A DNA stretch of 64,000 nt from Planctomycetota bacterium (lineage in GTDB: Bacteria; Planctomycetota; Phycisphaerae; WQYP01), in assembly GCA_021827645.1 (NCBI GenBank), contig JAKAVA010000041.1:2076-66075 (forward strand), read 5' to 3'. Every line of letters starts with the position of its first letter. Positions within the stretch are counted from its first letter, which is position 1. The position numbers and the translations under genes were made by a program. The notes beneath the pieces are model-generated. The model was not told where the DNA came from and did no database searches. It saw only the letters and a list, made by a program, of their open reading frames with translations. Shown piece after piece: positions 39,569 to 50,040 of this stretch.

Positions 39569-39919
39569 CTCACCCTCTGCATGCCGATACGGGCCAAAAA
39601 TTTCGAGCCACCATACTCTTTTTCGCGTAAATAGCTATAACGGAATTCTCGCTTAAATTCCAGTCAACGCCCGATAACGCCGCCACCCATGGATCGCGAC
39701 CGATTCGCCTGCTCCCTTCTATCTTGCCTAACATATTTGTTGGTTCCATGGGCGGATGATTCCGTTGACGTGGAAATTAGCCCGTATCATGGCTTGCGGC
39801 GGTTCGGGAATCGTTGGTATTGCCTTGGTGAAAGTTTACATCTATACTAAAGCGAAATTAGTTGCGATTGCGCAATTATTCTTCTTAAGGGTACTTTAGT
39901 GGGTCGAAGCAGGGCCGTA

Positions 39920-41575
39920 GTGAAAGAGAAAATCAGCCATACTCTGAAGCTGACCCCCAGAGGATTTGCCGTCAGCTTAACCATTGGCAGCGTTTGCCTC
40001 GCCTTAAGTGGCTGCTCGTTTGAGCCGAAGTTACACGTGCCGGCCGCACCGAATACCAATCGGTACAACCCCGGTGGCAAACAGACTACGACCGGCAAGG
40101 CGGTTACTCGTACCGGAAATGCCGGCTCGGAACAGCGGTTTGTTTACGGCGCTCGGGTGGAGCAACTCTGGTGGCAGTTGTTCCGTTCGCACGCCCTCAA
40201 CAATCTTGTGCGCCGGGCCATCCGTCATAATCCGAGTATCAAAATATCTGAATCCAATCTGTCGCAGGCCTATGAAAACCTCAAATCCGTAGAGGGTATC
40301 TTCTGGCCGCAGGTTTCACTCAATACCAGCGGTGAACGCCAGCGCCAATCGGGCGAATCCTTCGGTGGTCCATCACGCACATTCAGTCTATACACCGGGC
40401 AATTGGAAGTTTCGTATACACCTGATATTTTCGGTCTCAATCGGCTGGTGTCCCGATCCTTCAAAGCACAGGAGGATGCCCAACGCTACGCCCTGCAGGA
40501 GGCGTATCTCACCGTTGAGGGTGACACCGTTGTCACGGCAGTGGCCGTCGCTGAATTGCATGCCGAAATCAGCACAACACGCAGACTCATTAAAGATCAG
40601 CGTTACATCCTCAAAATTATCACCCAGCAGTATCGGCTCGGCGCCGTACCGTATCTGGATGTCGTCAATCAGGAAAGCCAACTGGCCAGCACCCAGGCTA
40701 CGCTCCCGCCACTGCTTCAAAGCTACTCCGCCGAACGCAATGCTTTGGCCGTTCTTCTCGGCCGCATCCCTTCGATGGCAGATCTTCCCAAGCTGGATAT
40801 TCACTCCTTTACCCTACCGGTGAGATTACCGGTGTCGCTGCCGTCCATACTGGTCCATCAGCGGCCGGACATCCTCTCGGCGGAGGCACAACTTCGAGTA
40901 TCCAACGCCGCTGTCGGTGAGGCCATCGCCAAGATGTACCCTCTGATTCAGCTTACCGGTGCAATCGGTTTCGAGAATGGTCGGCTCTCCCACTTTTTCG
41001 ATGCATCGAGCCTGATCTGGTCGATTGCGGGTTCACTGGCCGTGACGATTTTTGATGGCGGCACGCTTCGGGCTAATAAAAAAGCCGCCGAATATGCCCT
41101 TAAATCAGCCGTTTACTCATATGAGTCGACCATCCTCAACGCCTTTAACCAGGTGGCCACGGCATTGCGGGCCGTTAAGCATGATGCGCAAAGTCTTCGT
41201 TTCAATGAGGCGGCTTATCGCGCCGCCGAAAAAGCCTACAAACTTGCCCAGTTTGAATATCGGGATGGGTCGATTGATTATGTCACGCTCCTTACAAGCG
41301 AAGTGCAATATCAGCAATCGCGTTTGGCCGTGGTGAGGGCCGCTTCACAGCGCTACGCCGACACTGCCGGCCTTTTCGTCGCTCTTGGTGGGGGATGGTG
41401 GCCGAAAGCCGATGCATCGGCTGAGCAGCAAAAATGGATGCAGACTACACTGATGAAGCATCGCCATATCGCAGAACGCGCCGGCACCGCGCGGGTTGAC
41501 GTCAGAAAAGTGCAGAGCGGATTTACACCCCCCTCCCCGGAAGCACAGAACCATGATGGGAGTTCCTTGAAATGA
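39920..41575 (+). CDS. RND efflux outer-membrane lipoprotein (NodT/OprM family)
   Basis: Lipobox LSGC; WWQLF, QRPDILSAEAQL, LFVALGGGWW; start 39899 or 39920. Confidence 0.92.
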   Translation: MKEKISHTLKLTPRGFAVSLTIGSVCLALSGCSFEPKLHVPAAPNTNRYNPGGKQTTTGKAVTRTGNAGSEQRFVYGARVEQLWWQLFRSHALNNLVRRAIRHNPSIKISESNLSQAYENLKSVEGIFWPQVSLNTSGERQRQSGESFGGPSRTFSLYTGQLEVSYTPDIFGLNRLVSRSFKAQEDAQRYALQEAYLTVEGDTVVTAVAVAELHAEISTTRRLIKDQRYILKIITQQYRLGAVPYLDVVNQESQLASTQATLPPLLQSYSAERNALAVLLGRIPSMADLPKLDIHSFTLPVRLPVSLPSILVHQRPDILSAEAQLRVSNAAVGEAIAKMYPLIQLTGAIGFENGRLSHFFDASSLIWSIAGSLAVTIFDGGTLRANKKAAEYALKSAVYSYESTILNAFNQVATALRAVKHDAQSLRFNEAAYRAAEKAYKLAQFEYRDGSIDYVTLLTSEVQYQQSRLAVVRAASQRYADTAGLFVALGGGWWPKADASAEQQKWMQTTLMKHRHIAERAGTARVDVRKVQSGFTPPSPEAQNHDGSSLK

Positions 41576-42696
41576 CACGTTTCATTTTCGGTTTGATATT
41601 GGTTTTATCTTTTTTCGCCATTCTGGCGGGACTGTTCAAATTCAAGGCTTTTGTAAATTCCAAGTTTGCCTATGCCATCAGCCATCTTCCGCCGCCGGTC
41701 GTGACCGTCTCAAGTGCCAAAGTCACCCAGGCGAAGTGGGAACACACCATCAGCGCCGTCGCCAGTTTGACGGCGGTGCAGGGCGTCAACGTCACCGCGC
41801 AGATCGCCGGCAATGTAACGGGTATTTATTTTCACTCCGGAGAGCCGGTAAAAGCCGGTCAGCGTCTGGTGCAGGTGGATGACAGCACGCAGCTGGCGCA
41901 GCTTCGTGCCGATGAGGCCAATGAGGCGCTTGCAAAAATCAACGTTGATCGAACCCGCAAGCTCATCGCTCATCGGGCGGCGTCACAATCGCAGCTCGAT
42001 ACCTACGTCGCCACTCTCGCCAATATTAAGGCGGTGGTCGGTCAGGATAAGGCAACCTTGGCCAAACTCGATATCACCGCACCTTTTTCGGGCTATCTGG
42101 GCATCCGGCAGGTCAGCTTGGGGCAGTATCTTTCACCCGGAACCTCCGTCGTGACGATCAACAAGTGGAGCCCCATTTACGCCGATTTTAATATCCCGCA
42201 GAACGAATTCCCCGAATTGAAGGTAGGTCGGAAGGTTTCACTCTCTGTTGACGCGTATCCGAAGCACCTGTTTAACGGGAAGATTCAGGCCATCTCATCG
42301 AATGTGGATACCAACTCCCGCACCATTCAGGTTCAGGCAGAATTCAAAAACCGCCATCTGCTGCTTCGCCCCGGCATGTTCGGTGAGGTGACGGTACACA
42401 CAGGTAAGACGAATACATTTAATGTCGTACCCGATACCGCCATCACCTATAACACCTACGGTGATTACGTGTATCTCATTATCAGTAAACCCGCAGCGAC
42501 TCAATCTGCAAAGACTCCGAAAAACGCAAAATATCAGAAAATCGTCAAGCAGGTGCCCGTCGTGGTGGGGCCGGAGCGCAACCAGATGACGGCCATCTTA
42601 TCGGGTGTGAAACTCGGTGAGACGGTGGTTACCGCCGGGCAGATCAAGCTTCACCCTGGCGCTATCGTCAAGATCAGTAACACCATTAAACCCTGA
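41572..42696 (+). CDS. RND efflux periplasmic adaptor (MFP)
   Basis: ITAPFSG, LLRPGMF, GETVVTAGQIKL; ATGA overlap. Confidence 0.93.
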   Translation: MTRFIFGLILVLSFFAILAGLFKFKAFVNSKFAYAISHLPPPVVTVSSAKVTQAKWEHTISAVASLTAVQGVNVTAQIAGNVTGIYFHSGEPVKAGQRLVQVDDSTQLAQLRADEANEALAKINVDRTRKLIAHRAASQSQLDTYVATLANIKAVVGQDKATLAKLDITAPFSGYLGIRQVSLGQYLSPGTSVVTINKWSPIYADFNIPQNEFPELKVGRKVSLSVDAYPKHLFNGKIQAISSNVDTNSRTIQVQAEFKNRHLLLRPGMFGEVTVHTGKTNTFNVVPDTAITYNTYGDYVYLIISKPAATQSAKTPKNAKYQKIVKQVPVVVGPERNQMTAILSGVKLGETVVTAGQIKLHPGAIVKISNTIKP

Positions 42697-42713
42697 ATTC
42701 GGATGTTGATGGA

Positions 42714-45700
42714 ATGAAATTTACCGACATATTCGTAAAACGCTGGGTCCTGGCCAGCGCTATTAATCTCATCATCCTCATCGTCGGCTTGCGCGCGTGG
42801 CTGACGATGACGGTGCGGGAGTATCCCAACGTCATCAGCACGACGGTGACGGTCACCACGGCCTATCCGGGTGCCAGCCCGTCGACGGTTCAGGGCTTCA
42901 TTACCTCGCGCCTTGAGCAGGCGATCGCCCAAGCCCCCAATATCGACTACATGACCGGCACGAGTACCGAAGGCACGTCCACCATCAGTGCCAACATGGT
43001 GCTGAACTCCAATCCGAACTCCGACATTGCGCAGATCTTGGCCAAGGTCAAACAGGTGGCCAGTCAGTTGCCGCCCGAAAGTCAGTCACCATCCGTTAAT
43101 GAATCCGTCGGCGACAGTCGGGCATTGATTTATCTGGCATTTTACAGCCGTCGGCTCACCGGCCAGCAGATTAACGACTATCTGTTGCGCGTCATCCAGC
43201 CGGAAATTCAGTCCATTCCAGGTGTCAGTCAGGCCCAGATTCTCCCCCCCGGTACCGGGTCCAGCGGAAACAGCTTTGCCATTCGCGTGTGGCTGAAACC
43301 CAACAAGATGGCGGCCTTGGGGATCACGCCCTCCGATGTCTACAACGCGATCGCCAATAACAACAGCATCTCCGCAGTAGGGCGGTTGCGGGGCAAAAAT
43401 ATCGCCGAGGTCATCACCGCCACGACCCAGCTCAAAAATGTCAATGAGTTCAAGAATTTGGTGGTGGAAAAAGTCGGCTCCGCCATTATTTATCTCAAAG
43501 ACGTTGCGCATGTGGAATTGGGTGCTCAAAATTACAATTCCAGCGTTTTACTCAACGGCAAGCGGGCTGTTTTCATGGGCATTCAAACCACGCCCGATGC
43601 CAACGATCTTGCCGTCGCCCACTCGGTTCACGTCATGTTTGCCAAGATCAAGAAATCGCTTCCGCCCGGCCTTCACGCCACCGTCGGTTTTGACGGCAGC
43701 ACGTACATCAAAGTTGCCATCGCCGATGTTGAAAATACCGTACTGATCACGCTCGGCATTGTGGTTTTGGTGGTCTTCCTGTTCCTCGGTTCGCTGCGGG
43801 CGCTTTTCATTCCGGCCATCGCGATCCCACTATCCATCATCGGCGCTGGTACATTCGCAGAGGCCAGCGGATTTTCTATCAATCTGCTCACACTACTGGC
43901 CATCATTCTCGCCATCGGTCTGGTCGTCGACGACGCCATCATCGTGGTGGAAAATATTCAACGGCACATTGATGAGGGAATGGCGCCGACGGCGGCTGCC
44001 ATTCGCGGTGCCCGTGAACTTGCCAACCCGATTCTCGTCATGTCCACAACCCTGGCCGCCGTATTTGCCCCGATCGGGCTCATGGGGGGGCTCACCGGCT
44101 CCCTCTTCAGCGAGTTTGCGTTCACACTCGTCTTTACCGTGCTCGTTTCCATGGTGGTAGCACTTACACTTTCCCCCATGCTCAGCAGCCATCTCCTCAA
44201 GCCGCCCCGCCCCCATGGCCTGGTGAGTTTTCTCGACCATGTTTTTGATGCCGTGCGCCGCTTTTACATCATGACGCTTGAAGCGATCCTCAAGATTCGC
44301 ATTGCCGTGCTCATTGCCGCCGCCGGGCTTTTTGTCAGTATTCCATTCCTCGTCATGGGCACCAAAGCGGAACTCGCGCCGACGGAAGACCAGGGCATTC
44401 TGTTCTTTACCGGTACCGGGCCACCGACCGCCACGCTGCATTACATGTCCAAATATGCGGCCCAGATCAAGAAAATCTGCGATTCCTTCCCGCAGACTCA
44501 AAGGGTATTCCAGGTTAATGGGTTTTCATTTGTTTCACCGGGGCAGAATACCCTCGTCGGCGGCATGTTGCTAAAACCGTGGAATGAGCGAACCGTTACC
44601 CAGCAGCAGATTTATCCCATCCTAAACAAGAAACTCAAAGCCGTAGCAGGCGTTCAGGTTGGCGCTTTTCCCTTGCCGTCGCTCCCCGGATCAGCGGGTG
44701 GCTACCCCGTTCAATTTGTCATCAAGACGACACATACATTCTCTGAACTTGATCAGGTGGCCAATCGCATGCTCAAAGCGGCGATGGCGAGCCACAAATT
44801 CGTATTTCTGACCAAAGACATCCGTTTTGATGATCCGCAGGTGAAAATCAAGATTCATCGCAAGATTGCCGCCGATCTCGGCTTCACTGCCGCTCAGATT
44901 ACCAGCGACCTTCAACCGCTGCTTGGGGGCAACTTCGTCAATCGGTTCGATCTTGAGGGACGCAGTTACAAGGTGATTCCGCAGTTGGCCGACGCCCGGC
45001 GGGCCACCACAGAGCAGTTGAAAAACTACTACATCCGAACCAATTCCGGTGCGATGATCCCGCTATCGACCATCGTCTCAATCCACCATGTCGTGGAACC
45101 CGAATTTATCGCGCAGTTTCAGCAGCTTAACGCCGCCACCCTGGAAGGGGTGCCCGCGCCGGGAGTATCGCTCGGACAGGCGCTCACCTACCTGAAGAAT
45201 TTATCGAAGAAAATACTCCCGCCCGGCTACGCCATCGACTACGCCAGTCAGTCGCGGCAATATCTGGAACAGGGCAATGCCATTGTCGTCACCTTTGTCC
45301 TCTCCATCATCCTCGTCTTCCTGATGATGGCGGCGCAGTTTGAAAGCTTCATTGACCCTCTTATCGTCATGTTCACCGTGCCGATGTCCATCTTTGGTGC
45401 TCTGATCTTTTTATTCCTTGGTAAGGCGACGCTTAATATTTATACGGAAGTCGGGCTTATTACACTCATCGGCCTGATCACCAAGCAGGGTATTCTGATT
45501 GTTGAATTTGCCAACCGCCTGCAGGAGGAAGAAGGTCTCAGTCGCCATGAGGCGGTTGTTAAAGCATCTTCCGTGCGTTTGCGTCCCATTCTGATGACCA
45601 CCGGTGCGATGGTCTTCGGTGTGGTGCCCCTCCTCGTCGCCACCGGTGCGGGGGCGGTGAGCCGCTTTGACATGGGCCTGATGCTGGCATCCGGACTCTC

Positions 45701-45815
45701 AATCGGCTGTCTGTTCTCGCTTTATGTGGTGCCCGTGATTTACTCCTTTATCGCTACGGTCAAGCATAAGGTCACCATACCGGATACCGAAGCAGGGCCC
45801 ACTGGAGGGGCATAA
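42714..45815 (+). CDS. RND efflux permease (AcrB/MexW-like)
   Basis: AIGLVVDDAIIVVENI, LTLSPML, GILIVEFAN, RLRPILMTT. Confidence 0.96.
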   Translation: MKFTDIFVKRWVLASAINLIILIVGLRAWLTMTVREYPNVISTTVTVTTAYPGASPSTVQGFITSRLEQAIAQAPNIDYMTGTSTEGTSTISANMVLNSNPNSDIAQILAKVKQVASQLPPESQSPSVNESVGDSRALIYLAFYSRRLTGQQINDYLLRVIQPEIQSIPGVSQAQILPPGTGSSGNSFAIRVWLKPNKMAALGITPSDVYNAIANNNSISAVGRLRGKNIAEVITATTQLKNVNEFKNLVVEKVGSAIIYLKDVAHVELGAQNYNSSVLLNGKRAVFMGIQTTPDANDLAVAHSVHVMFAKIKKSLPPGLHATVGFDGSTYIKVAIADVENTVLITLGIVVLVVFLFLGSLRALFIPAIAIPLSIIGAGTFAEASGFSINLLTLLAIILAIGLVVDDAIIVVENIQRHIDEGMAPTAAAIRGARELANPILVMSTTLAAVFAPIGLMGGLTGSLFSEFAFTLVFTVLVSMVVALTLSPMLSSHLLKPPRPHGLVSFLDHVFDAVRRFYIMTLEAILKIRIAVLIAAAGLFVSIPFLVMGTKAELAPTEDQGILFFTGTGPPTATLHYMSKYAAQIKKICDSFPQTQRVFQVNGFSFVSPGQNTLVGGMLLKPWNERTVTQQQIYPILNKKLKAVAGVQVGAFPLPSLPGSAGGYPVQFVIKTTHTFSELDQVANRMLKAAMASHKFVFLTKDIRFDDPQVKIKIHRKIAADLGFTAAQITSDLQPLLGGNFVNRFDLEGRSYKVIPQLADARRATTEQLKNYYIRTNSGAMIPLSTIVSIHHVVEPEFIAQFQQLNAATLEGVPAPGVSLGQALTYLKNLSKKILPPGYAIDYASQSRQYLEQGNAIVVTFVLSIILVFLMMAAQFESFIDPLIVMFTVPMSIFGALIFLFLGKATLNIYTEVGLITLIGLITKQGILIVEFANRLQEEEGLSRHEAVVKASSVRLRPILMTTGAMVFGVVPLLVATGAGAVSRFDMGLMLASGLSIGCLFSLYVVPVIYSFIATVKHKVTIPDTEAGPTGGA

Positions 45816-45971
45816 CACCGCGCGTGTGGTTTCCCGACTTCATCGCGCCGGATCGCGACCACGGATCCGGCGCTGCCTGAATAACTCTGCTCGCTGCCTC
45901 ACCGCTCGTTTATCCACGCTTTTTAACGGGTCGCATATAATTTCCGGCTTGGAGTTCACGGAGTTATCGGG

Positions 45972-46928
45972 ATGAAACGTTTCAAAGACCTTACCGAACA
46001 GGAAATTCTCGCCTTGGCTATTTCCATGGAGGAGGATGACGGCAAGACCTACGGAGAATTTGCACAATTTTTGGAGAAGGATTTTCCGGCCTCAGCAAAA
46101 ATTTTTGCCACCATGCAGGAGGAGGAATCCGATCATCGCCGGCGGCTGCTTGATACATACATCGAACGCTTCGGCCAGCAAATGCCGCCCATTACACGCG
46201 AAGATGTCAGCGGCTTCGTCAAACGCCGCCCCAAGTGGTTGGTGATGCAATCAGGCATTAACGCCATCCGGCAGCAGGCGGAAATCATGGAATTGGAAAC
46301 GCGGAATTTTTATCAGAAGGCCGCCGCCCGCTGCACACACGCCTCCGCCCGCAAGTTGCTCGGCGATCTGGCTCAGGAAGAACAGAAGCATGCCGCTTCG
46401 GCCTCCAATCTTGAAAAAGATAAGGTCAACGAAGATACCAAAAAAATTGAATCCGAGGCGCAGGCCCGTCTGTTCGTTCTGCAAATAGTTCAGCCGGGTC
46501 TCGTGGGACTTATGGACGGTTCAGTTTCAACGCTCGCACCAATCTTTGCGGCCGCCTTCGCCACCCATGACAGCTTTCAGGCGTTCGTCGTCGGTATTGC
46601 CGCCGCCGTCGGCGCCGGTATTTCCATGGGGTTTGCCGAGGCCCTCTCCGACGATGGATCGCTTACCGGGCGGGGCCATCCGCTGATCCGCGGGGTTGTC
46701 TGTGGGTTGATGACCACTGCCGGCGGATTGTTGCATACTCTTCCCTTTCTGATTACCGATTTCCGGGTGGCGGTGGGTGTTGCAGTTGGGGTGGTCTGTC
46801 TGGAACTGGTCGCCATCAGCTACACTCGCTACAAATTTATGGATACCCCTTTCCTGCGGGCGGCATTTCAGATCGTTGTGGGTGGATTTTTGGTATTCCT
46901 GGCCGGGATATTATTCGGCTCCCTGTAA
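45972..46928 (+). CDS. mbfA: MbfA-type iron exporter (rubrerythrin/ferritin-like + VIT1/CCC1 domain)
   Basis: EQEILALAISMEEDD, EExxH di-iron motifs, VQPGLVGLMDGSVSTLAP, ISMGFAEALSDDG. Confidence 0.9.
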   Translation: MKRFKDLTEQEILALAISMEEDDGKTYGEFAQFLEKDFPASAKIFATMQEEESDHRRRLLDTYIERFGQQMPPITREDVSGFVKRRPKWLVMQSGINAIRQQAEIMELETRNFYQKAAARCTHASARKLLGDLAQEEQKHAASASNLEKDKVNEDTKKIESEAQARLFVLQIVQPGLVGLMDGSVSTLAPIFAAAFATHDSFQAFVVGIAAAVGAGISMGFAEALSDDGSLTGRGHPLIRGVVCGLMTTAGGLLHTLPFLITDFRVAVGVAVGVVCLELVAISYTRYKFMDTPFLRAAFQIVVGGFLVFLAGILFGSL

Positions 46929-47020
46929 TCCGGCTTCGACTGGTCGGCGCCTTGGAATATAAAACCTCTGATGGTTTTCAATTCATTGGTTTTGCTCTAA
47001 AGTGCTCCCCAGCGGATATC

Positions 47021-47106
47021 GCCCGGGTGGCGGAATTGGCAGACGCTCAGGACTTAAAATCCTGTGACCGTTTTCGGTCGTGCGGGTTCGAGTCCCGCCC
47101 CGGGCA
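47021..47106 (+). tRNA. tRNA-Leu(TAA), CCA not encoded
   Basis: Acceptor GCCCGGG/CCCGGGC-A, D-loop GGAATTGGCAGAC, anticodon arm CAGGA-CTTAAAA-TCCTG, long variable arm, GGTTCGAGTCC. Confidence 0.96.
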
Positions 47107-47312
47107 CTTTCCGCCGCAATGTGTCAAATGAAACCTTCGCTCTGAGTTCAATCGCTAACCGGTGCCCGCGTCCTTCACGTTGGCATGGCAACGCCGTAGA
47201 TTCCCCCTCCACAATCGCGCGGCAGAATGCCATTCACCACTTCGCTACGCGTTCAGCTCCATGGGGAAAGATACTCCCGCCGTCGCCTCGGCCTTGAGTA
47301 TAAAAGAGTCGA

Positions 47313-48728
47313 TCATGCAACCCACAATTTTTCCATCTGTTCCAGTGATCGATTCTTCGTCTCAGGTACCAGCGCCCAGACGAAAATAGCCGCCAGAATG
47401 CTCATCACGCCGTAAATCCAATACGCAAATCCATGGTGAAAATGCTTGACCAGATATGGATTCCCGTCGAGAATCGGGAAAGTCCAGCTCACCGTTAAGT
47501 TGGCGATCCATTGAGCGGCCACCGCCACCGCCATCGCCTTACCCCGAATTTGATTGGGGAAAATTTCACTCAGCAACACCCAAGTGACCGGTCCCCACGA
47601 CATCGCAAACCCGGCGATATACACCAACATACTGATCAGCGCCACGATCCCCTTGCCGTGGAGCATGAAATTTGAACCCAAAGCGATCATGCTCACCGCC
47701 ATCACAAGGGCTCCGATAATCTGCAACGGCTTTCGCCCCAGTCGGTCCACGGTCAGGACGGCGACGATGGTAAAGAGCAGATTCACCGCACCAACAATAA
47801 TGGTTTGAAGCAGCGAAGCATTGGTCGTGAGCCCCATACCCTTGAAAATGGTTGGCGCATAGTATAGAACGACATTAATCCCAACAAACTGCTGAAATAC
47901 CGATAGCATGATGCCGACGAAAATAATCAGGAAGCCGAACGAAAACAGCTTGCCTGAATGATGTTCGGATAGAGACGCCCGAATCTCCGAAATCTCCTTG
48001 TCGCCCTCCTCCGCGGGCATCAGCCGTGAAAGTACCCTACGGGCTTCATCTTCACGACCTCGCAGCATCAGGTATCGCGGCGTTTCAGGCACCAGAAACA
48101 GCAGAATCAGAAATGCCAGCGCAGGAACCGTTCCCGACAAAAACATGTAACGCCAGCCGATGGTGTTCAGCCACGTTGTACTGTTACCGACACTGGCAAT
48201 GGCGTAATTGACAAAATAAATCACCAACATGCCGAATATGATGGCCAACTGATTCCAGGCCACCAGATTGCCGCGAATTCTTGGGGGAGCGATCTCGGCG
48301 ATGTACATCGGGGCGAGCATGGATGCCAGTCCCACACCGATTCCCCCGATGATGCGATATCCGACGAAGTTCCAGATATACGCAGGACCACCGTGCCCGA
48401 TCGGGGCAAACATGAACTCCGGCGCCGCCGCGCCCAGTGCTGATATCAGAAATAGCACGGCCGAAATGATCAGCCCACGTTTACGTCCGATGTGGGTGCT
48501 GATCCAGCCGCCGATGATGCCGCCGATGACGCAGCCGACCAGTGCGCTCGATGTGACAAATCCGAGCAGCAGATTGGCGTCATTCGGTTTCAGGTGGCGG
48601 GGAGCGATGAAATAGGCTTTCAGGCTTCCGACAGCGCCGGAAATGACCGCCGTATCGTAACCGAACAGCAATCCTCCAAGGGTGGCGATCAGTGTTAACA
48701 GGACAATATACCAATTGAGTCGCGCCAT
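47313..48728 (-). CDS. xylE: Sugar-porter MFS, D-xylose:H+ symporter-like
   Basis: GGLLFGYDTAVISG, PMYIAEIAP, QQFVGINVVLYYAP, SWGPVTWVLLSEIFPN, PETK. Confidence 0.9.
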   Translation of the reverse strand: MARLNWYIVLLTLIATLGGLLFGYDTAVISGAVGSLKAYFIAPRHLKPNDANLLLGFVTSSALVGCVIGGIIGGWISTHIGRKRGLIISAVLFLISALGAAAPEFMFAPIGHGGPAYIWNFVGYRIIGGIGVGLASMLAPMYIAEIAPPRIRGNLVAWNQLAIIFGMLVIYFVNYAIASVGNSTTWLNTIGWRYMFLSGTVPALAFLILLFLVPETPRYLMLRGREDEARRVLSRLMPAEEGDKEISEIRASLSEHHSGKLFSFGFLIIFVGIMLSVFQQFVGINVVLYYAPTIFKGMGLTTNASLLQTIIVGAVNLLFTIVAVLTVDRLGRKPLQIIGALVMAVSMIALGSNFMLHGKGIVALISMLVYIAGFAMSWGPVTWVLLSEIFPNQIRGKAMAVAVAAQWIANLTVSWTFPILDGNPYLVKHFHHGFAYWIYGVMSILAAIFVWALVPETKNRSLEQMEKLWVA

Positions 48729-48804
48729 GATGCCTCCTCAAAAACAACCGCCGAAATTTCCTGTCATCCGTGTATGTACCCCATGAGTATCACCCATGAA
48801 GTTG

Positions 48805-49839
48805 TCAATACAGACAAGATGCCAGATAGCCCGCCAGAGCCGTGTATTTTTGACGTGTGCGGAACTCCGCTATCTTCCGCCGATCAACCTTAAGAGCCCG
48901 GTTCCAGAGCCGCTGCAAATTGGCCGCGCTGACGTGAAGAATATCCGCAATGTCTTCGGTACGGTCGGTTCGCGGTGCCTTGACATCAAAGGCGAGAATT
49001 CCATTCCACTTCGCATCCTGCAGCACCACACACAAGGCTAAATCCTTGAGCGGTTCCGTATAACCAAACGGCAGGTCCTGATCGTATCGGGTGGTATCCT
49101 GTGAGTTCAAGTGAATATGAAAAAGTTTACCCGCCTCAAGGCACATTTCCACGTCCCACAGATAATCCAGCCCTGCCATCCGGCTGTGGGCGGTTTCCGG
49201 ATTAATACCGAAGAGCGGCTCGACCGATTTGTCCAGCCGACTGATCAGGTACAACGCCTCACCGACATTACCCAGATACATATTGGCCCGCGGTTCATTC
49301 GGCTTGGGTTCCAGAGCAAAACGTGGAGCCTTTTTCCCGTATGTTTTCAGAGCGTATTCCCCCACGGCATTGAAACCGTCCACCATCCGTCTGAAAGAGT
49401 CGCGCCCGTTTTTCGCCAAAACAAAGTCAAAACCCTCTCGACCGTTCCAGAACACCATGACCTCGGCGCCCAGAGCAACGGTGACATCAACTGCCTCAAT
49501 CGCATTCTTCAAGGCCTGCTTCCGCACGGCCGGATCGTTGCTCGTCATGGCACCGTCCTTGAAGATCGGATCGGCGAAGAACGACGGCGTATACATGCCC
49601 ATCTTCAAGCCGTGCCGTTTCATCAGCTTTTTGGCTGCCTCAACATCACTCCGGGGAATCTCCACATCATGAGCTTCAATGTATGTGATACCGGCTGCCG
49701 CGAGCATCGGCAGGCGGTCCAGTATGGGAATGTCAGGACGCGTCGGGCCGCCGAACGGGTCTCGTCCTGCCCCCAGATTCCACACGCCGGCACCGATGCC
49801 GCGCTTTCCAACTTTTCCCGGAATCACAATTTTTTGCAT
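48805..49839 (-). CDS. xylA: Class I xylose-isomerase-like sugar isomerase (atypical metal site)
   Basis: GRDPFG, FKDGAMTSND, WNGREG, EPKPNEPR, NPETAH, YDQDL; GGAGAAG RBS; specificity uncertain. Confidence 0.7.
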   Translation of the reverse strand: MQKIVIPGKVGKRGIGAGVWNLGAGRDPFGGPTRPDIPILDRLPMLAAAGITYIEAHDVEIPRSDVEAAKKLMKRHGLKMGMYTPSFFADPIFKDGAMTSNDPAVRKQALKNAIEAVDVTVALGAEVMVFWNGREGFDFVLAKNGRDSFRRMVDGFNAVGEYALKTYGKKAPRFALEPKPNEPRANMYLGNVGEALYLISRLDKSVEPLFGINPETAHSRMAGLDYLWDVEMCLEAGKLFHIHLNSQDTTRYDQDLPFGYTEPLKDLALCVVLQDAKWNGILAFDVKAPRTDRTEDIADILHVSAANLQRLWNRALKVDRRKIAEFRTRQKYTALAGYLASCLY

Positions 49840-50005
49840 AGACAACTTCTCCAACAATAGTTGGTAATTTAAGGCCATACCGGATGTTTCGTCAAATCCG
49901 CAGTGGCACGCAAAGTTGTCACAGAAAGTCGTCATGGCGCAAAGAGCGTTGAGTTTGAATCGCCATAAAAAACCGCGGAGGGTATCGTCGTAGTTAAAAC
50001 AGAGG

Positions 50006-50040
50006 CTGCCCATTCAGGGATATTGTCCCTGAATGGGCAG
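50006..50040. terminator. Perfect 15-bp inverted repeat (hairpin)
   Basis: CTGCCCATTCAGGGA-TATTG-TCCCTGAATGGGCAG; followed on the minus strand by CCTCTGTTTT. Confidence 0.6.

Noticed and set aside
45910-45918. DnaA-box-like TTATCCACG
   Set aside because: Isolated, one mismatch, no box cluster or origin context
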